Source: Blastocladiella emersonii ATCC 22665 (lineage: Eukaryota > Fungi > Blastocladiomycota). Taken from it: a stretch of 64,000 bases of DNA. Below, piece after piece: positions 22,072 through 35,789 of this stretch. Positions within the stretch are counted from its first letter, which is position 1; each line of letters opens with the position of its first letter. A program made the translations under genes and the position numbers. The stretch spans positions 682,001 to 746,000 of the forward strand of contig JANHCV010000010.1 of the NCBI GenBank assembly GCA_025594325.1. The letters run 5' to 3'. The notes under the pieces are model-generated. The model was given only the letters and a program-made list of their open reading frames with translations. It had not been told where the DNA came from and did not search any database.

Positions 22072-25034
22072 ATGCACGCGAAAACCAATGAATCTACACG
22101 CGAGCCGCCCGCGGACGACTTTCACTACGACCCGACGCTGCTCGAGGGCAAAGTCCTCGCGCTCGTGAACGTGAGTCCCACCAACTCGACCCGCCTCATG
22201 TCGCAGACCCAACTAAATTGTCGCTCCCGTGGACTAGTTTGAAGAGGGACCCGAACTGGCCAGCCTCATCGTGACCACATCGAGATCGGGCGCGGGGATC
22301 GTCCTCAACCTCAACGACCTGCGGTCGGTGACGTACGTCGTTGTCAATGACGTGAACGGTCCCGTGGTGCGTCACCGCTCACCTCGACTCGCCCATTGAC
22401 CTACATGACTGACTCCTCCGCTGCTAGGACCCAGCCGTGACCGCCCGCGTCCCGACGTCAATCCCTATCCTGTCGGTCCGCTGGCTCGTCGACACCATCA
22501 TGTTCGGGCACCTGCTCAACGTGGAGCCCTACCAGTCCGGCGCTCGCCACCAACCCGACGCCTCCGATAAGCCCGCGCTCGCGTCGGGCATGTACTACAC
22601 GATCAAGGCCATCGACCCCGTCGACGGCGACCTGTTCCGCGGCCGTCGCCTGTACATCCACTCGGACCTGCCGTCGCGCATGCGCGAGCGGTTCGTCGAG
22701 GTCATCACCGCCGCCGGCGGCACCGTACTCGACACCCTACCGCCCGCGAACTGCGGCGCCCGCCTCGACGCGTGCGTCTTCCGCTATGCGCAGTCCGAGA
22801 CCTTCCTCGCCGCCATGTCCGCGGGGCACGTCGTCGGCAGCATGCACTGGCTGTTCGACCTGGTCCGCACGGGCACCTGGACCGACCCGCGCGCGTCGGC
22901 GCTGCACTTCCCGTACCCGCACCGGCGGCCGGGGTACATCGAGAACGCGGTGGTGTGCATCACCGAGTTCGTCGGTCCGACGCGCGACTACATCAAGGAG
23001 ATGATCGCGCTGCTCGGCATGCGCCACAACAGCACCATGAGCACCATCTCGACGCACCTGATCGCGGGCCGCGCCGCTGGCGAAAAGTTTACCCGCGCAC
23101 ACAGCCCGAAATGGCCCGCGATCCATATCGTCAACTACGCGTGGCTCGAGGACTCGCTGTTCTCGGGATCGCTCGCGCCCACCACCTCCGAGCGGTACAT
23201 GTGGTTCCCACCGCCCACCGCCGACCCCGCGGTCCCCGTCGGCGCCACGCGGGTTCCCAGTGCGACGGTTGCGCGCGTCGTCGCCGAGGCACGCCGGATC
23301 GTCGACAAGACGGCGCTCCGCCGCCAGCGCGGGCTCGACGCCCTCAAGGACGCGCAGGGCCACCTCGCCGCCGACGAGTCCGCGCCGCTCGTCGAACGCC
23401 GCGCCAAGGAGAAAACCTCGCGCGCGCTCAACGCCCAGCTCGACGTACTCGACACGTTTTCGGCGACGGAGCGCGCCGCTATCTTCCAGACGTGGGAGGA
23501 CAAGGACGACGACTTTCACGGCAGCGATCCCGAGTCGCCGCCCGACGACGAGGGCGGAGCTGCTGCCGATGATACGATGCAGCTCGATACCAGCTCGAGC
23601 TCGACGCTCGTCCCGCCGCCGCAGCAGAAGCAGAAGGAGCGGTCGCGCCCCGTCACGCCCGCCGTCAACGGCGACGCCGCGAGCATGGACGTGGACGACG
23701 TCACGCCGCGCGCGCAGAAGCAGCCGCCTGCCCCGGCGCCCGTCACGCGCGTGGCGGCGGCGGGCTCGGCGAACCCGCGGATCCGGCCGCGTACCGTTGC
23801 GCGGTCGGAGGCCGCGTCCGCGTCCGCATCGTCGAAAGTGCAACGACTGACGGACGAGGTCATCGATCTCACGATGGAGGTGCGTTTGTCTCATTCGCTC
23901 CCGCCGAACCGAATCAAGCTGACGCAAATCCGCATGCATAGGACGAGACCGACGCGCGTCCCGCGAAACGACCACGGACCGTCGGACCGGCTGCTGTCGC
24001 GCCACCACCAGCTCGAGATCCGCCTGCTCCTCAACCATCAGCATCGAAACCCCAGCCCGCAGCACCATCCGCGCCCGTGGCCCGCCCCGTCGTGCCCGCA
24101 CAAACTCCGGCGCCTGCCGCGCGGCCCGCGACCGACCGGGTCCCGAGCAGCGTCGGCACGTCGGGTGCGCCGACGCCGCACACGGCCGGCCGGCAGCCCA
24201 GTGCCTCGACCGCTGCACCGCACGTGGCGACGCCGTCACAGCCGCAACAGCAGCCGCCCATTGCTCGGCCGCGCATTATGGTCTCGCAGGGCTTCGTGGG
24301 CCCCGGCCTGCGCAAGCTCCTTGAGGAGATCGGGTGCACCATCACGCACAAGGTCGAGCTCCATACCACGCACCTCGCGACGCGCCGCGTCGCGTGCACC
24401 GAGCGGTTCCTCGTCGCCATGCTCACGGTGCAGCATATCGCGTCGACCGAGTGGCTCGTGGCGATGGCGAAGGTCAAGCAGATCATTGGTGCGTGTGGCT
24501 CTCTCGCGGCAGCTTGAGGGGCAGTGGCTGACTTTGTGTGTAGACGCGGCGCCATTTCTGCTGCGTGACAAGGAGTACGAAACGCGGACCGGCCGCACGC
24601 TGCACCAGACGATGCAGATCCTGCAGCGCGAACCGTTTCTCCGCGGCGTCGCGCTCTCCATGGCCGACCCGTTCGTCATGTCCGAGGCCGCGCTCGGGAA
24701 CATTGCTAATGCTTCGGGCGCCACGGTACGCCTGATATCCGACTCGCTGCCCTCGCGCGACCACTGACACTCGACCTCGCTCTACTTTCAGATCGTCCCG
24801 TACAACGACATCCCGCTGCACGCCACCCTCCCGACCATCCTGCTGACGCACGCCGACCGCGTCGCCGAGTACGCGGCCGCGTGCCGCGAGTTCCCGCACG
24901 TGCACGTCGCCGAGGTCGAGGCCCTCACCGAGTCGATCCTCGATGCGAGCCTCGCCCGGCTCTTTGCGGGAGTCCCGCCCACGTTCCCGCTCCCGGACCG
25001 GGCGCGGTTGATGCCGCCCGCGCGACCGTCGTGA
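22072..25034 (+). CDS. Multi-BRCT DNA-damage scaffold (Rtt107/Brc1/PTIP-like), multi-exon
   Basis: BRCT signatures: VVGSMHWLFD, VVCITEFVGPTRDYIKEMIALLG...STHLIAG...VNYAWLEDS, THLATRRVACTERFLVAM...IASTEWL; start assignment approximate. Confidence 0.8.
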
Positions 25035-25857
25035 CGTAATTTGAACTCGACTATTGTTGCACATTATGCTGCGACGCCCTTCTAAGGGTTGAGACCCTCC
25101 GCGGCAGTCTTGCCAGGGAGTTCCATGGTTCCGTTCCTTAGCGTCGCGCTCGCGGTCGTCCCGCCATCCTTCTCGTCGTTGTGTCGCTCGGGACTGTGGT
25201 CGCTCAAGTTCACTGTTGCTCAACTTCACTGGTTCGTCCGGGTGCTACCTTTCCAAATACCTCAAATCAGATGTTGCGCGACGCTCGACGCGCGTGCCAC
25301 TGATCTCTCCGTGATCCCCATCGCCACGAACACGACCGTCCGCGCCCGACTGCAACCAGCGACTCGCCGGCCGTTTCTCCATCGCGGAGCACGTCGAAGA
25401 CCTTCGCGCCGCGCCACAGGATAACCTGATTTCGCGTCGCGTCGCGTCGGATCGCGTCCTGCGTTTTCGCGAGCGGCACCCGGAGGCTTCGTTGTGCGCG
25501 AGAGGAAAACATGTATTCAACCTGCGTGAATCGCACTCGAAGGTATGGCGCTAGTGGTCGCTGGCTGTTGGCCCGACCCGTGCGATCGCAACCGACAATG
25601 GCGCGACCGTCAAGTGAGTCTTGTTCGCCATTGACTGCCGCTCGCTACTGCTCACCGATGCGCTGTTGTTCGGAAGCTTGCCGCTCATCAGCGAGCGAAG
25701 AGTAGTGAGGAAGCTAAGCGCACGCAGAGGTCAGCATGCACCGCGAGCATTCGCCCGCCTCCAGACTTTCACGTACGTGCACAGGACTCAGAGGCGGAAC
25801 GCGTGCGACGCACGGAACCTACAATTCGTCGATGGCCAGACATGCCTCGGGCGGGTC

Positions 25858-26500
25858 TCAATGCGAGCGTAGATCGCACAGAATCCAGAGCGGGTCGACT
25901 TCGAACGCGAAGATGGCGATGAAAGACGTGATGAGCGTGAGCGTGAACGCGCCTTCAATGAAGAGCATGACCTGCGAATGCCGCAGGAGCTCGCGGAAGC
26001 CGTGGCGCATCGTCATCTCGCCATTGCCACCAGCGAGGCATTGAAGATGAGCGACGAACGTCATCGCTTGGGCAAAGTTGACAATGGCATCAAGGATTCC
26101 GGCAGCTACAGAGTGGTGTCGCGTGAGATGCCAAAAAGCCGGCGCGAGAGGTTCGCGAGCGCGTACCGCCCAGGGCTTGGTTGATGGCAGTCATCTCCGA
26201 CAGCTGACGGCCCTGGACCACGAAAACGAGGTAGGTGAGCGTCACCGCGGTGTTGATGAGGACTAGGAACGCCACGAGCACGCCCAGGAACTTGATCCAC
26301 ATCTCCATCGACTTGTAGCACATGCGGAACAGCCGGTAGTAGTTGATCAGAGTGAAGCCGTTCATTGAGAGGAGGAGGAGCACGAGCGAGACAACTGGTA
26401 GAGCCGTTTTGAACGGCGGATCTTGTCACTCAACAGACGCCGAGAAGTTCCGTCGGCAGCGCGAGGAGGTTTAAGACGAGGCAGTTTCCGCTTGATTATG
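25858..26500 (-). pseudogene. Fragmented multi-pass membrane protein gene
   Basis: Hydrophobic segments LLLLSMNGFTL, IKFLGVLVAFLVLINTAVTLTYLVFVV, VMLFIEGAFTLTLITSFIAIFAF split by frameshift/stops. Confidence 0.4.
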
Positions 26501-26820
26501 CATGTTTGAAGTGGTTGTAGTAAGGGTGGAGGAGTGTGAGCACAAGGTGGGCGGGGCAGAGCTGAGGGGTTTTAAGAGGGTGACAACCCCTTCAAAGTAC
26601 GCGACAGGACCGCTGTGACCACGCATGCGATGCATGCGAGAAGGCTTACCAGTGTGCGCATGCGCGGAATTTGATCGTGGCTGGCTGGTCACTTGAGGAT
26701 GAGCGTTGCGTCAACATGACCACCGCGCCTGCATGTCGGTTGCCTCACCTGATGAACGAATGCGCGTTGAAGAAACAAACGATATACATCAGCAGAAACA
26801 ATAACAAACGAAACGCTCGG

Positions 26821-29048
26821 CTACGTAAAGCTCTGCAGGCCACCGACCAGCTCTTGCATACGAGCCTTGAACTGCTCAGACTGCGTCACTGCGGGCGCGA
26901 CTTGATTCAGGAATGGGTTGACGCGGACGCGGTCAGGATGGCCCCAGTGAAGCATGGAGAACCGAACGATGAACCCGGCAAGTGTGTGCGGGTCAAAGAA
27001 ATTGAGCGAGCCGTCCACAAAGACCGCGTCGAACAGCCGCAAGGCCGTGGTCCCAAAGGGCTCGAGGACACGGGCAAATTCGTGCGACCGCAGGAGTGCT
27101 TCCTGTTGAAAAGCATTCCAGGCCCTATTGTCACGCGAGCAACGATGCATTTGACCGACCTGCGCGAGGCAAGTGTACGCTTCTGGGCCGTGAAGCTGGT
27201 CGAAGCAAGGAATGATTCCGCGATTGACAAACTCGCGCAAGTCCTTTTCGCACTCGAGCACATTGTCGATTGAGGACCCCATAAGCGTCGCAAGAGCAAG
27301 GCGCCAAGAGCTCTGGTAGCGCAAAGGACAGGTGCGGCAGAGTCCGGAGCTGTCAAAGGAGGTGGGGAATACCAAGGTCAAGGGGACGTCTTGAGCAACG
27401 ATCAGGGCGAGCAAGAGCGCCTTTTTGGCGACCGGAGTTTTGATACGTGCACACATCTCCATCACGCGATCGGGATGGCCTAGCACAGCTGCAGTGAGCT
27501 GGCCAAGCCGTTGGAGTTCCTCCAGAGAGTCGCTGCTCCGTGCAAAGTTGATCCAGTTCTGGGCGATCAAGGAAAACAGCTCGACGGGATCCAAATCGAT
27601 GCCATGATTAAGCCGGAGCCCAATGAAACCTTTTTGGCTAACAAGATAGCGCAGGCTCTTCGCAATCGATGCAATTGAGCCGGAATCGTACGCAACTCAA
27701 AGCATTCGCTGCACCGAGCCATCCTCCCAATGCTCCAAGGCGTCCTCAATCGCTACGTTCAACGTCGTGGGTTAAATGGAGAATCGTGTCGGAGAAGAGA
27801 ATGGTTGCTCTAGCGCGTACCACCGTAGTAAACCATCGGGTCCGATGCGGCCTTGTCGGTTGCAAATTGAAGGGCAGCGTTATCCTGTGTAAGAACTGCG
27901 AGGCGCAAAATACGGCCAAGGAGATTCCGATCCGCATCAACTCGGCTTGCAACTTCAATGAGTTGGTGCAAGTTCATGGAGCTGTTCCTGAGGGCCATTC
28001 CAGGGATACGTCTGAGTAGATCACATTGATTAGAGCGCTCGAGCAGTTTCGGATTCGACTCCAGGATGTCAAACAGGAGTGAAAAGCGACCAGACTCGGT
28101 GAGAGCCTTCACGAGATCGCTCCAATTGTAAATCGTGCAGCCGTTCGCGCAAAGCCAAGCGAGTTGCTCCATTAATGCGTCATCGGTCAACCCGTTGGGG
28201 AGCTTCAGCAATTTTTCGGCAGGGGAGAGAACCTCGAAGGACAAAAAGTTGCCGCCAAGGAAGGCGACGAGCCTGGGAGTATCAACGGTGAACTGCTCGC
28301 TAACCAAGTACCGGACCGTCGGCCAGTCCCACTTTGTCAGTGCGACGGCGGCGAGCAGTTCGACCAAATTCACGTCAGCATCCGGCGTGAGGAATGAGAG
28401 GCGAACATTACTGCCCGCGAGGGCCCAACGAATTATGTGAGACGGGATCGTAAGGGTGAAGAGAATCGGAAGATGAGCGAGCGTTGCTTCAATGAGCTGA
28501 CGACGCAAGTCGGCGCGACCGTAGGACACCGCGTAGACCAGCGCATGAACGGAGGTGGTGATCGGGTTGAGCAATTCGTCTAGGGAGAGCAAACGTGGCG
28601 CTCGGGGTTGGCTCGTGTCGTCGTCCAAGAACGAGCGCAAGACGTCATATTGCCTTTGAAGCTCAGCCGAGAGCTGGTCGCGATCGGTGTAGTCGATGCC
28701 GAGTTTTGCTCGCCACGGTTGATCGAGCGATCGAAAGGCGGCGGAAACAAGGGATTCAGTTCGATTGAGAAGTCGGGGAGTCGGTCCAGGCGGCGGAGAT
28801 TCGATCAGGTAAAAGACGAGCACAGCCACAATCGACGGATATGGGATGTTGCGCAATCTAGTGAATCGAATGTAGCGAACAAGCCAGATCCTGCAGTTGT
28901 GAGGAGCTGAGGCGATAGCAGCAAGGTTGCGGGAAGCGAGAACGACGCGAGCACGCGGGGCGGCAAGCTCGACGACTTTAGCAAGAAGCTCCCTTGAGAG
29001 GGAGGCTAGGCCTATAGTGCCGAGGGCCTGGTATTCCGTGTGTTGCAT
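26821..29048 (-). CDS. Orphan F-box-like helical protein, 2 exons, with one in-frame TGA (27697-27699); possible young pseudogene
   Basis: 413-aa and 257-aa ORFs joined by an intron (about 27756-27820); the frame is continuous across AIEDALEHWEDGSVQRML*VAYD...LRLNHGIDLDPVE; paralog at 6255-8172. Confidence 0.7.
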
Positions 29049-29259
29049 CAAGTTAATCGTTCGTCAGCTTCATGGGTTGCGGGTGGGTGAGGAGAGGAGA
29101 CTTGGCGTGTGGTTTGGTCGATTTCGACTGTGCACATGGGCCTCAACCACCGTCGGGCTGTTTCATACTCCATCACCTGCTTTCATTCGAGTCTATTTCG
29201 CATGTCCAGACTACCGAGGATACGGTGTACACACATCATCATCGCCATCACCGGCCAGC

Positions 29260-30665
29260 CTACCCGCCTCGCCGCGCACCGCCGCCTCCCCCGCCCCCGC
29301 CGCCCGCCCCGCCGATTGGCGGCAGCGTGGCGGTCCGGTTGAGCAGCGGGTGCGACGTCGTCGGCGGCTCGCGGCCCGCGCCGACCATGCCCGCGACGGA
29401 GGACATGGAGCTCGACGAGCGCGGTGGCGACGACGCGGCCGAGTCCTCGCCCGCGACCGCCGCGGTCCGCGCGGACGATGACGAGGCGAAGTGGCCCATG
29501 GCCGAGATGGGCCGCGCGCGCGTGTGTCCGCCCGGCCGCGCACCAGTGGGCGGCTGCGGTGTCCGTGGTGGCGCGGGGTACCCGGACGAAGCTGAGGTCG
29601 CTGGTGGCGGAGGGAGGGCGAGGGACTGCGCGCGCTGGCGGCCGCCGCCGGTGAACGCGTCCGCATCGTGGCCCGCGATAGCGGCGGTGGTGGCTGACTT
29701 GTGGTGGTGGTGATGGTGGTGGTGCGCGGCGACGAGCTGCGCGTGCTCGATCTTAGACCGGTGTAGGATCTCGCGGACGTTGAGCGGGACAGCCGCGGTG
29801 GTGGTCGCGACGATGACGCCCTCGGCCGTTTCGGGGAACGTGGTCATGCTGTGGACCGACGGCGACGCCGAGATCATACCGGCCTTGCGCCCTTGCGGCA
29901 CCACCGTCGGCGGCTCCTGGTGCTGCGCGGCAGCGAGCTCGCGGACCGCCGACTTGAGCGCGCGCTCCTGCTGCGCGAGCTGGACGCGTGTGATCTGGAG
30001 CTGCGAGTCCTTGTCCTCGAGCTGCCGGCGCAGCGCGTCGATCATGGCGTCGCGCGCCGAGATCTGGTCCTCGTACCCGCGCAGCATCGCCGTGAACTTG
30101 GCCGTGGTCGCGTCCGACTCGGCGGCGAGACGCTGCATCGCGGCCTGCGTCGCGGACTCCTGCTGCACGATCACCTCCATGGCCGCGTACATGTTCTGGA
30201 TCGCGTCGAGTGTCGCAGCCGAGGGCGCGGGAGGTGAAGGCGCGAGGGGTGTCGGCTCGTCGTCGGTCTGGCACGCAAACTCGGACATGGTGACGCGGAC
30301 GGGCGCCGGCGACGCCGGCTCGGACGGCGCGAAGGGCGCGTACGTCGACTCTACACGTCAGTGCGAAGTGAGTGTCACGGGCCGTGACTTGGAGAAGCAC
30401 CAAGGCGTACCAGCGCATGCCCGCTGTAGCCTCGCGATCTCGTCGTGGAGGGACTGAAGTGTCTCGCCGTGCTACACTCGCCGATCCGTTAAGCCTTCTA
30501 CCCATCACACCCATCACCCCCATGACACCGCACCTTGACCTGCAAGTACGCGATCGCCTTTTCGAGCTTGGCCACGCGGCGGTCCGTGTCCGCGTCCTCC
30601 AAACTCTTCATCTCACCCGCACTCGCGCCGCCGCCCGCGTCTCGTTGTGTTGCGGCAAGATCCAT
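29260..30665 (-). CDS. CCDC92/CCDC74-type coiled-coil protein, 3 exons
   Basis: Spliced N-term VAKLEKAIAYLQVK|HGETLQSLHDEIARLQR resembles the CCDC92/74 coiled-coil; followed by a 342-aa ORF with a His tract. Confidence 0.65.
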
Positions 30666-30922
30666 GGTTTCGTTCATACTTTCGCGTCCATCGAAGCGAG
30701 TCCGAGGGTCCGCGTATCATTCATCCGCGACGCGACGAGCGCAGAAACGCGTCTCAACTACGCCTCACGTGTTTGGGCGACGCGTTTCACAGCGCGTGTC
30801 TCGCACCGCGATGCGACGCGACGCGACGCGACACGAGTCGAGTCAGAGTCAGCAAAAACCGCCCGCTCTTCTTCGGGGCCTCTCGCTCTATTCACAGTGA
30901 CAATGATTTTAACCCGTCTCAA

Positions 30923-33900
30923 CTACATGGACGGCGTCTGGAGCAACGGCGGCGGGTGCGGCGGCGCGAGCCCAGCGACGGGTCCGGGCTCCGGCTTCCA
31001 CAGCCGCGTGAGGACATACGCGACATCCGCCGTCCGCAACACGACGTCCGGGTGCGGCGCCGTGTACACGAAGCTCTGGGCGTTGCCCAAATCCGCGCTC
31101 GGCGCGCGGTACAACCCGAGCACAACGACGCCGTGCCCGAGACACAGGTCGAGGAACAGGTCCTTGAACGGGCGCCCGATATACTCGCCGGGCACGTCGA
31201 TCGTGTACAGGAACGACGGCTGGACCTTGAGCTCGTGGTCGAGCCGGATATCGGCGCGGCTGCGGATCCCCGAGAACAGCCTTGTGATGTCGAGCAGCGT
31301 CGGCTGGAAGAAGTGCTGGATCAGGATCGTGTCGAGCATGTCCGAGCAGAACGCCTCGCCCGACGCGAACTGCGGGTCGTAGAACACCTGCAGCCGCGCG
31401 GGCAGGCGCGGGCGCAGGTTCGCCGACGGGTCCGAGCCGTGCAGCGCGTCGCCGCCCGTGCTCGCGATTGAGGCCGTCGCGATTCCCCCGCCACCGGCGC
31501 CCGAGACCGCCGACACAGGCGACGACGCGGGCGTCGCGGTCGCGGACGTTACTCCGGCCGCCGTCGTCACGATCGGGCCCGGCAGGCTCCCGCCGTTGAC
31601 CAGGTACTTGCGCCGGCGCCGCGTGCGCCGCCTTGACGTCGTGAGCCCGAACCGCGACGGCGACACCTCCTCGAAGTCGCTGAGGTCGCTGACGACGCTG
31701 GTCCCGTACTCGGGCTGCTGCTGCGCCTGCGCCTGCTGCTGTTGCGCAGCCGGCGGCGACTGCAGCGCGTCGTCGGCGTTCACCATGTTGATCCCGAGCG
31801 GCGACGACGCCGACGGCGGGACCGTGAGCGTGACGGGCTCGTCCGTGAACCGGACCGTTGGCGATCCCGAAGGCGCGGCCGAGTCAGCGCCAGTCGGTTC
31901 CGGGTCGAGGTGCAGCGGTCGAAACGCGGGCGTCGCGCCTGCGAGCGGGTCGCTCTCGGACCGCGCGGGCGACCCGGTACGGCCGCGCGCGAGCGTCTCG
32001 TGGCTGCCGGAGACGACGTGGGGCTGGAGCGGGAAGCTGGCGAGGACGGTGGACGTCGAGATGGACGCGCGTCGCCCGCGGGCGGGGCTTCGTGCGCGCT
32101 CGATCGCCGTCGCGCCCATGGGCCGGGATTTCGCCGTCGTCGCGGTGCCCTGGATCTCGGCGGACGGCGCGAGGAACGAGATCGCGGCGGCGTTGTTGAG
32201 CTCGACCATGGTGTAGATAGGCGGGGCCGCGAGCTTGGCGACCGTGTGGACGGCGAGATGCCGCGTCAGGATCGGCTGGAGGTCCGCGAAATCCTCCTCG
32301 GCGACATCGTCGGGCGGCGCGGCGAGGATGATGATGCGGTCGGCGAAGTGCAGGTTGGCGCGCATCAGGTCGCGGCGCCACCGCGGGTTGCCGCACATGT
32401 ACCTGACGCGCGGGAACGCGGCGAGGAAGTGGAACTCCTCGGGCGTCGGCAGCGTGCGGGACACGAATAGCACCCACCGCAGGTCCTGCGCGGGGATGTG
32501 CGCGGACCGGATCGTGCAGCAGAACCGGAACAGGTTCCACACGGGCGTGATGACGACCACGTGGCCCTCGAGGCGTGGGTCCGCTGGGTTGGCCCCCGAT
32601 ACGTCGTGCACCTCGACGTCGTGCACCGAGGAGGGCGCGACGGGGAGCAGGTGGCACAAAGGCACCTTCTTGGTATCGGCTGAGAACGGGATCTCCGGCT
32701 GCTCGATGCGGAACGGGCTGTTGAGCTTGCGCGGGAGGAACATGGCGAGCGCGTCGGCGGGCGTCGTGGGCGAGAAGGGCGCCGCAGCCGCGGCGGCCGC
32801 GGTGGTGAACTCGGACGTGGCCGTGTTGGATCGAGACATGGTCTTGTCGTGGCGCGCGACCGAGAAGATGGGTGGGAGGTCCTGCAGCGACCGCTCGAAC
32901 GACTCGGGCGTCTACGTTCGCCGGGGGTTAGCGGGCGAGTCGATACGTGCGCGATGGCGAACACGTACCAGGGCCTGGATCAGGTCAATCTCGCGCATAC
33001 CTTGCGCGATGCACACGATCTCCTCGTTGCCGCGGATCACGTAGTCGTCGGACGGGTTGAGCACCACGTGGTTGTCGGTGGTCTCGTACTCTTTCGTGCG
33101 GTGGATGATCGGGATGCGCACGGCGATGGCTATGACCTGGAACTCGATGAACAGGTACTGTTTCCCCAAGGTCGTGTCAGTCCCGTTCGGAGCACGTTGG
33201 AGACGCGCAAAGCGTACCGCGCAGAGATGATGGAACCGTCGCCCAACAAACACCTGGCGGACCGCGAAATTATAGATCTCGTGCCCGAGCCCGTCGCCGT
33301 ACTGGACCATCCACGGTTTCGCGTACGAGTCGAGCGGCGCCGAATTGTTGATCAGGTTCGTCACGAGCGTCGCGACGCCGCGGTGGATCGAGTTGCACCC
33401 GAGCAGCGCCTGCTTGAGGTCGTCGGCGCACACGACGGCGGTCGCGTGCTGGTAGTGGAACCGCTCGTACTCGGGGCGGTGCGTGTAGATGTACAGCTCG
33501 ACCTCAGGCGCGAACCGCGCCACGGACCACACGCGCAGCACGTTGCGCTCGTCCTCGGACGACGTGTTGTTCGAAATGAAGAAGACGCCCAGCGCGCTGC
33601 GCACCTGCGCCCGGCTGAGGTCGCCCTCGTTCAGCGCCGAGCCCATGATGTAGAAGACGTGGTCGCGGCTACACGACCGGGTCAGCGCGCGTCGTGTGCG
33701 GGATCGCGGGAGGGACGTACAAGGCGGGGGTGTTGATGAGCGTCTTGACGTCCGACGACGGTTTCCGCCGCGTCAGGAGCACGACCTTGATCGGGACCGC
33801 GTTTTCCTACCCGTCCCGAAACACACACGAGTCAGATCCGCCGACCCAGCAGCACGGTGGCGACGACGAAGCGTACGTTGAAGAAAAAGGCGTGGAGCAG

Positions 33901-35789
33901 CGAGCTGACAAACGTGGCGTCGTCGAAGCGGCCAATGAGGACGACGTGCGGGATGGCGCGGCGCTCGTAGATGCCGCCACCCTCGCGGCGCGCGCGGTAC
34001 GTGTCCATGGCCGACGAGACGAGGGGCGGGATCGCGACAAAGGCGAGCTACACAGACGGACACGAGTCAGCGAGCCGCCACACACACCCACGCGCAACGC
34101 GATCCACGTACAATGATGCCGATAATGATGACGATGCGGCCCACGGTGCTCTTGGCGGTGATATCGCCGTACCCGACCGTGGTCAAGCTGACGACGGTGA
34201 AGTAGACCGTGTCCATGAGCGTCAGGACCTGGTCGCCCATGACCATTTCGGCGTACTGCACGCTGCACATGACCGTGTAGATGATGGCGAGCAGCGTCGA
34301 GACGAGCACGATCAGCTTCTCGCGCAGCGCGTCCGTCGGCACCATGACCTCGGATACCTCGAGCCGGATGTGCAGGAACCGCCGCAGCCGCGGGATCACC
34401 GCGATACATCGCAGGTAGTACGGCACGAACATGAGCGGCCCGTGCGCGAGGAACATGGACACGATCATCGGCGCCGTCGTGAGCAGCTCGATGAGCATGA
34501 GCGGGCTGAAGATCACGCGACGCGGGGTATCGGCAAAGGCCAGGTGCACGAGGAAGGAGACGAGGTTGAACCACGCGAGGACTATGAAGCGGCGGACGGG
34601 TGAGTGCCGATGTCCGCAGAGACGGCGGCGCATGGGCGGGCAGCGCACCGACGGCAATGAACCAGATAGCGTGCGGTCGCGGGATGTAGAGCCACCACGG
34701 CTCGAGGCCGGGGATCGGGATCGCGTCGTTGAGCGTGACGCCCATGACGCTCATCTCGATGAGGTAGAGGATCACGAACGCCATATCGACGGACGCCTCG
34801 GCGAGGATCAGGACCGCCTTGAGCGGTTTCGACGCCGTGAGCCGGCGAAAGAAGATGCGCCGCGGCTTGTGGACGTAGTGCTCGAGCATGGTGCGCCACG
34901 ACGACGAGTACGGCAGCTCGCGGTGCACCCGGCGCTCGTGCTCGTAGACGTAGCGCGCCTGGTTGTAGGACCCGAACTGCATGACGGGCGCCCACAGCGC
35001 CTCGAACGTCAGCTTGGCGAGGTACATCCACGACCGGTGGCGGTGCTCGGCGACCGAGTCCTGGAAGCTCGGCGTCAGCCCGACGTCGTGCGGGATCGTG
35101 GGCACCCGGAACGACGCCGCCCCGCGCGTCAGCTTGTGCCGGTGGTGGTGGTGGTGCCGCCGCCCGCCGTTGTGGCCGTGCCGCTCGCGCGGATCGCGCG
35201 GATCGCGCGGATCGCGGTGCATGTCGGCGCCGCCGGGCGTCAGGTCCACCGCTGCCGTCGGTTTTGCGGGATGGTGCCGCCGGCGCAGGAAGTCGGGCAC
35301 GCGGAGCCACGACCGGTCGTCGTGCCGTACGGGGGATGCCCCCGACTCGGTATCCGTGTCGCCGCCCGAGTCGTACAGCTGCTCGCGGGAAGTGCCGAAG
35401 GCGGACGCGGGGATCTCGGTGCGCCCGCCGCGCCCGCCCAGCACGCGCCAGTCCGTGTCGGTCTCGGTGCGGGTGAAGGGCAGGTCGATGAACTCGGGCA
35501 CCGCGCTCGGCGGCGAGCCGCGCGACATGGGCGGCGGGGGTGGTGGCGGGGCGCGCGGGAAGAAGGTGCCGTCGGGCACGCCGCGGGCGAGGGAGGGGGG
35601 AAGCGGCGGTGGCGGGATCATGGCGGGCATGCTGTGGTAGTGGCCGCTCTGGTGCCGGCGCAGGGCGGGCCGCGGGACGGGGCTCGCGCCGGCCGTCGGT
35701 GGTGGTGGGCGGGACGACGTGGAGTGCATGGGGATCGCGTCGGCATCGTAAGGTTGTCGCGACGACGGGGGTGTATTCATTGAGTTCAT
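30923..35789 (-). CDS. Slo-family K+ channel with tandem RCK domains, most like Slo2/KCNT; multi-exon
   Basis: Pore YFTVVSLTTVGYGD; S4-like LRCIAVIPRLRRFL; RCK motifs YIMGSALNEGDLSRA, VVCADDLKQALLGCN...GVATLVTNL, FASGEAFCSDMLDTIL. Confidence 0.9.

Noticed and set aside
30810-30850. (GCGAC)n run here and (GCGAGC)n run in the eRF1 intron near 36742-36775
   Set aside because: Simple microsatellites; no spacers, so not CRISPR-like
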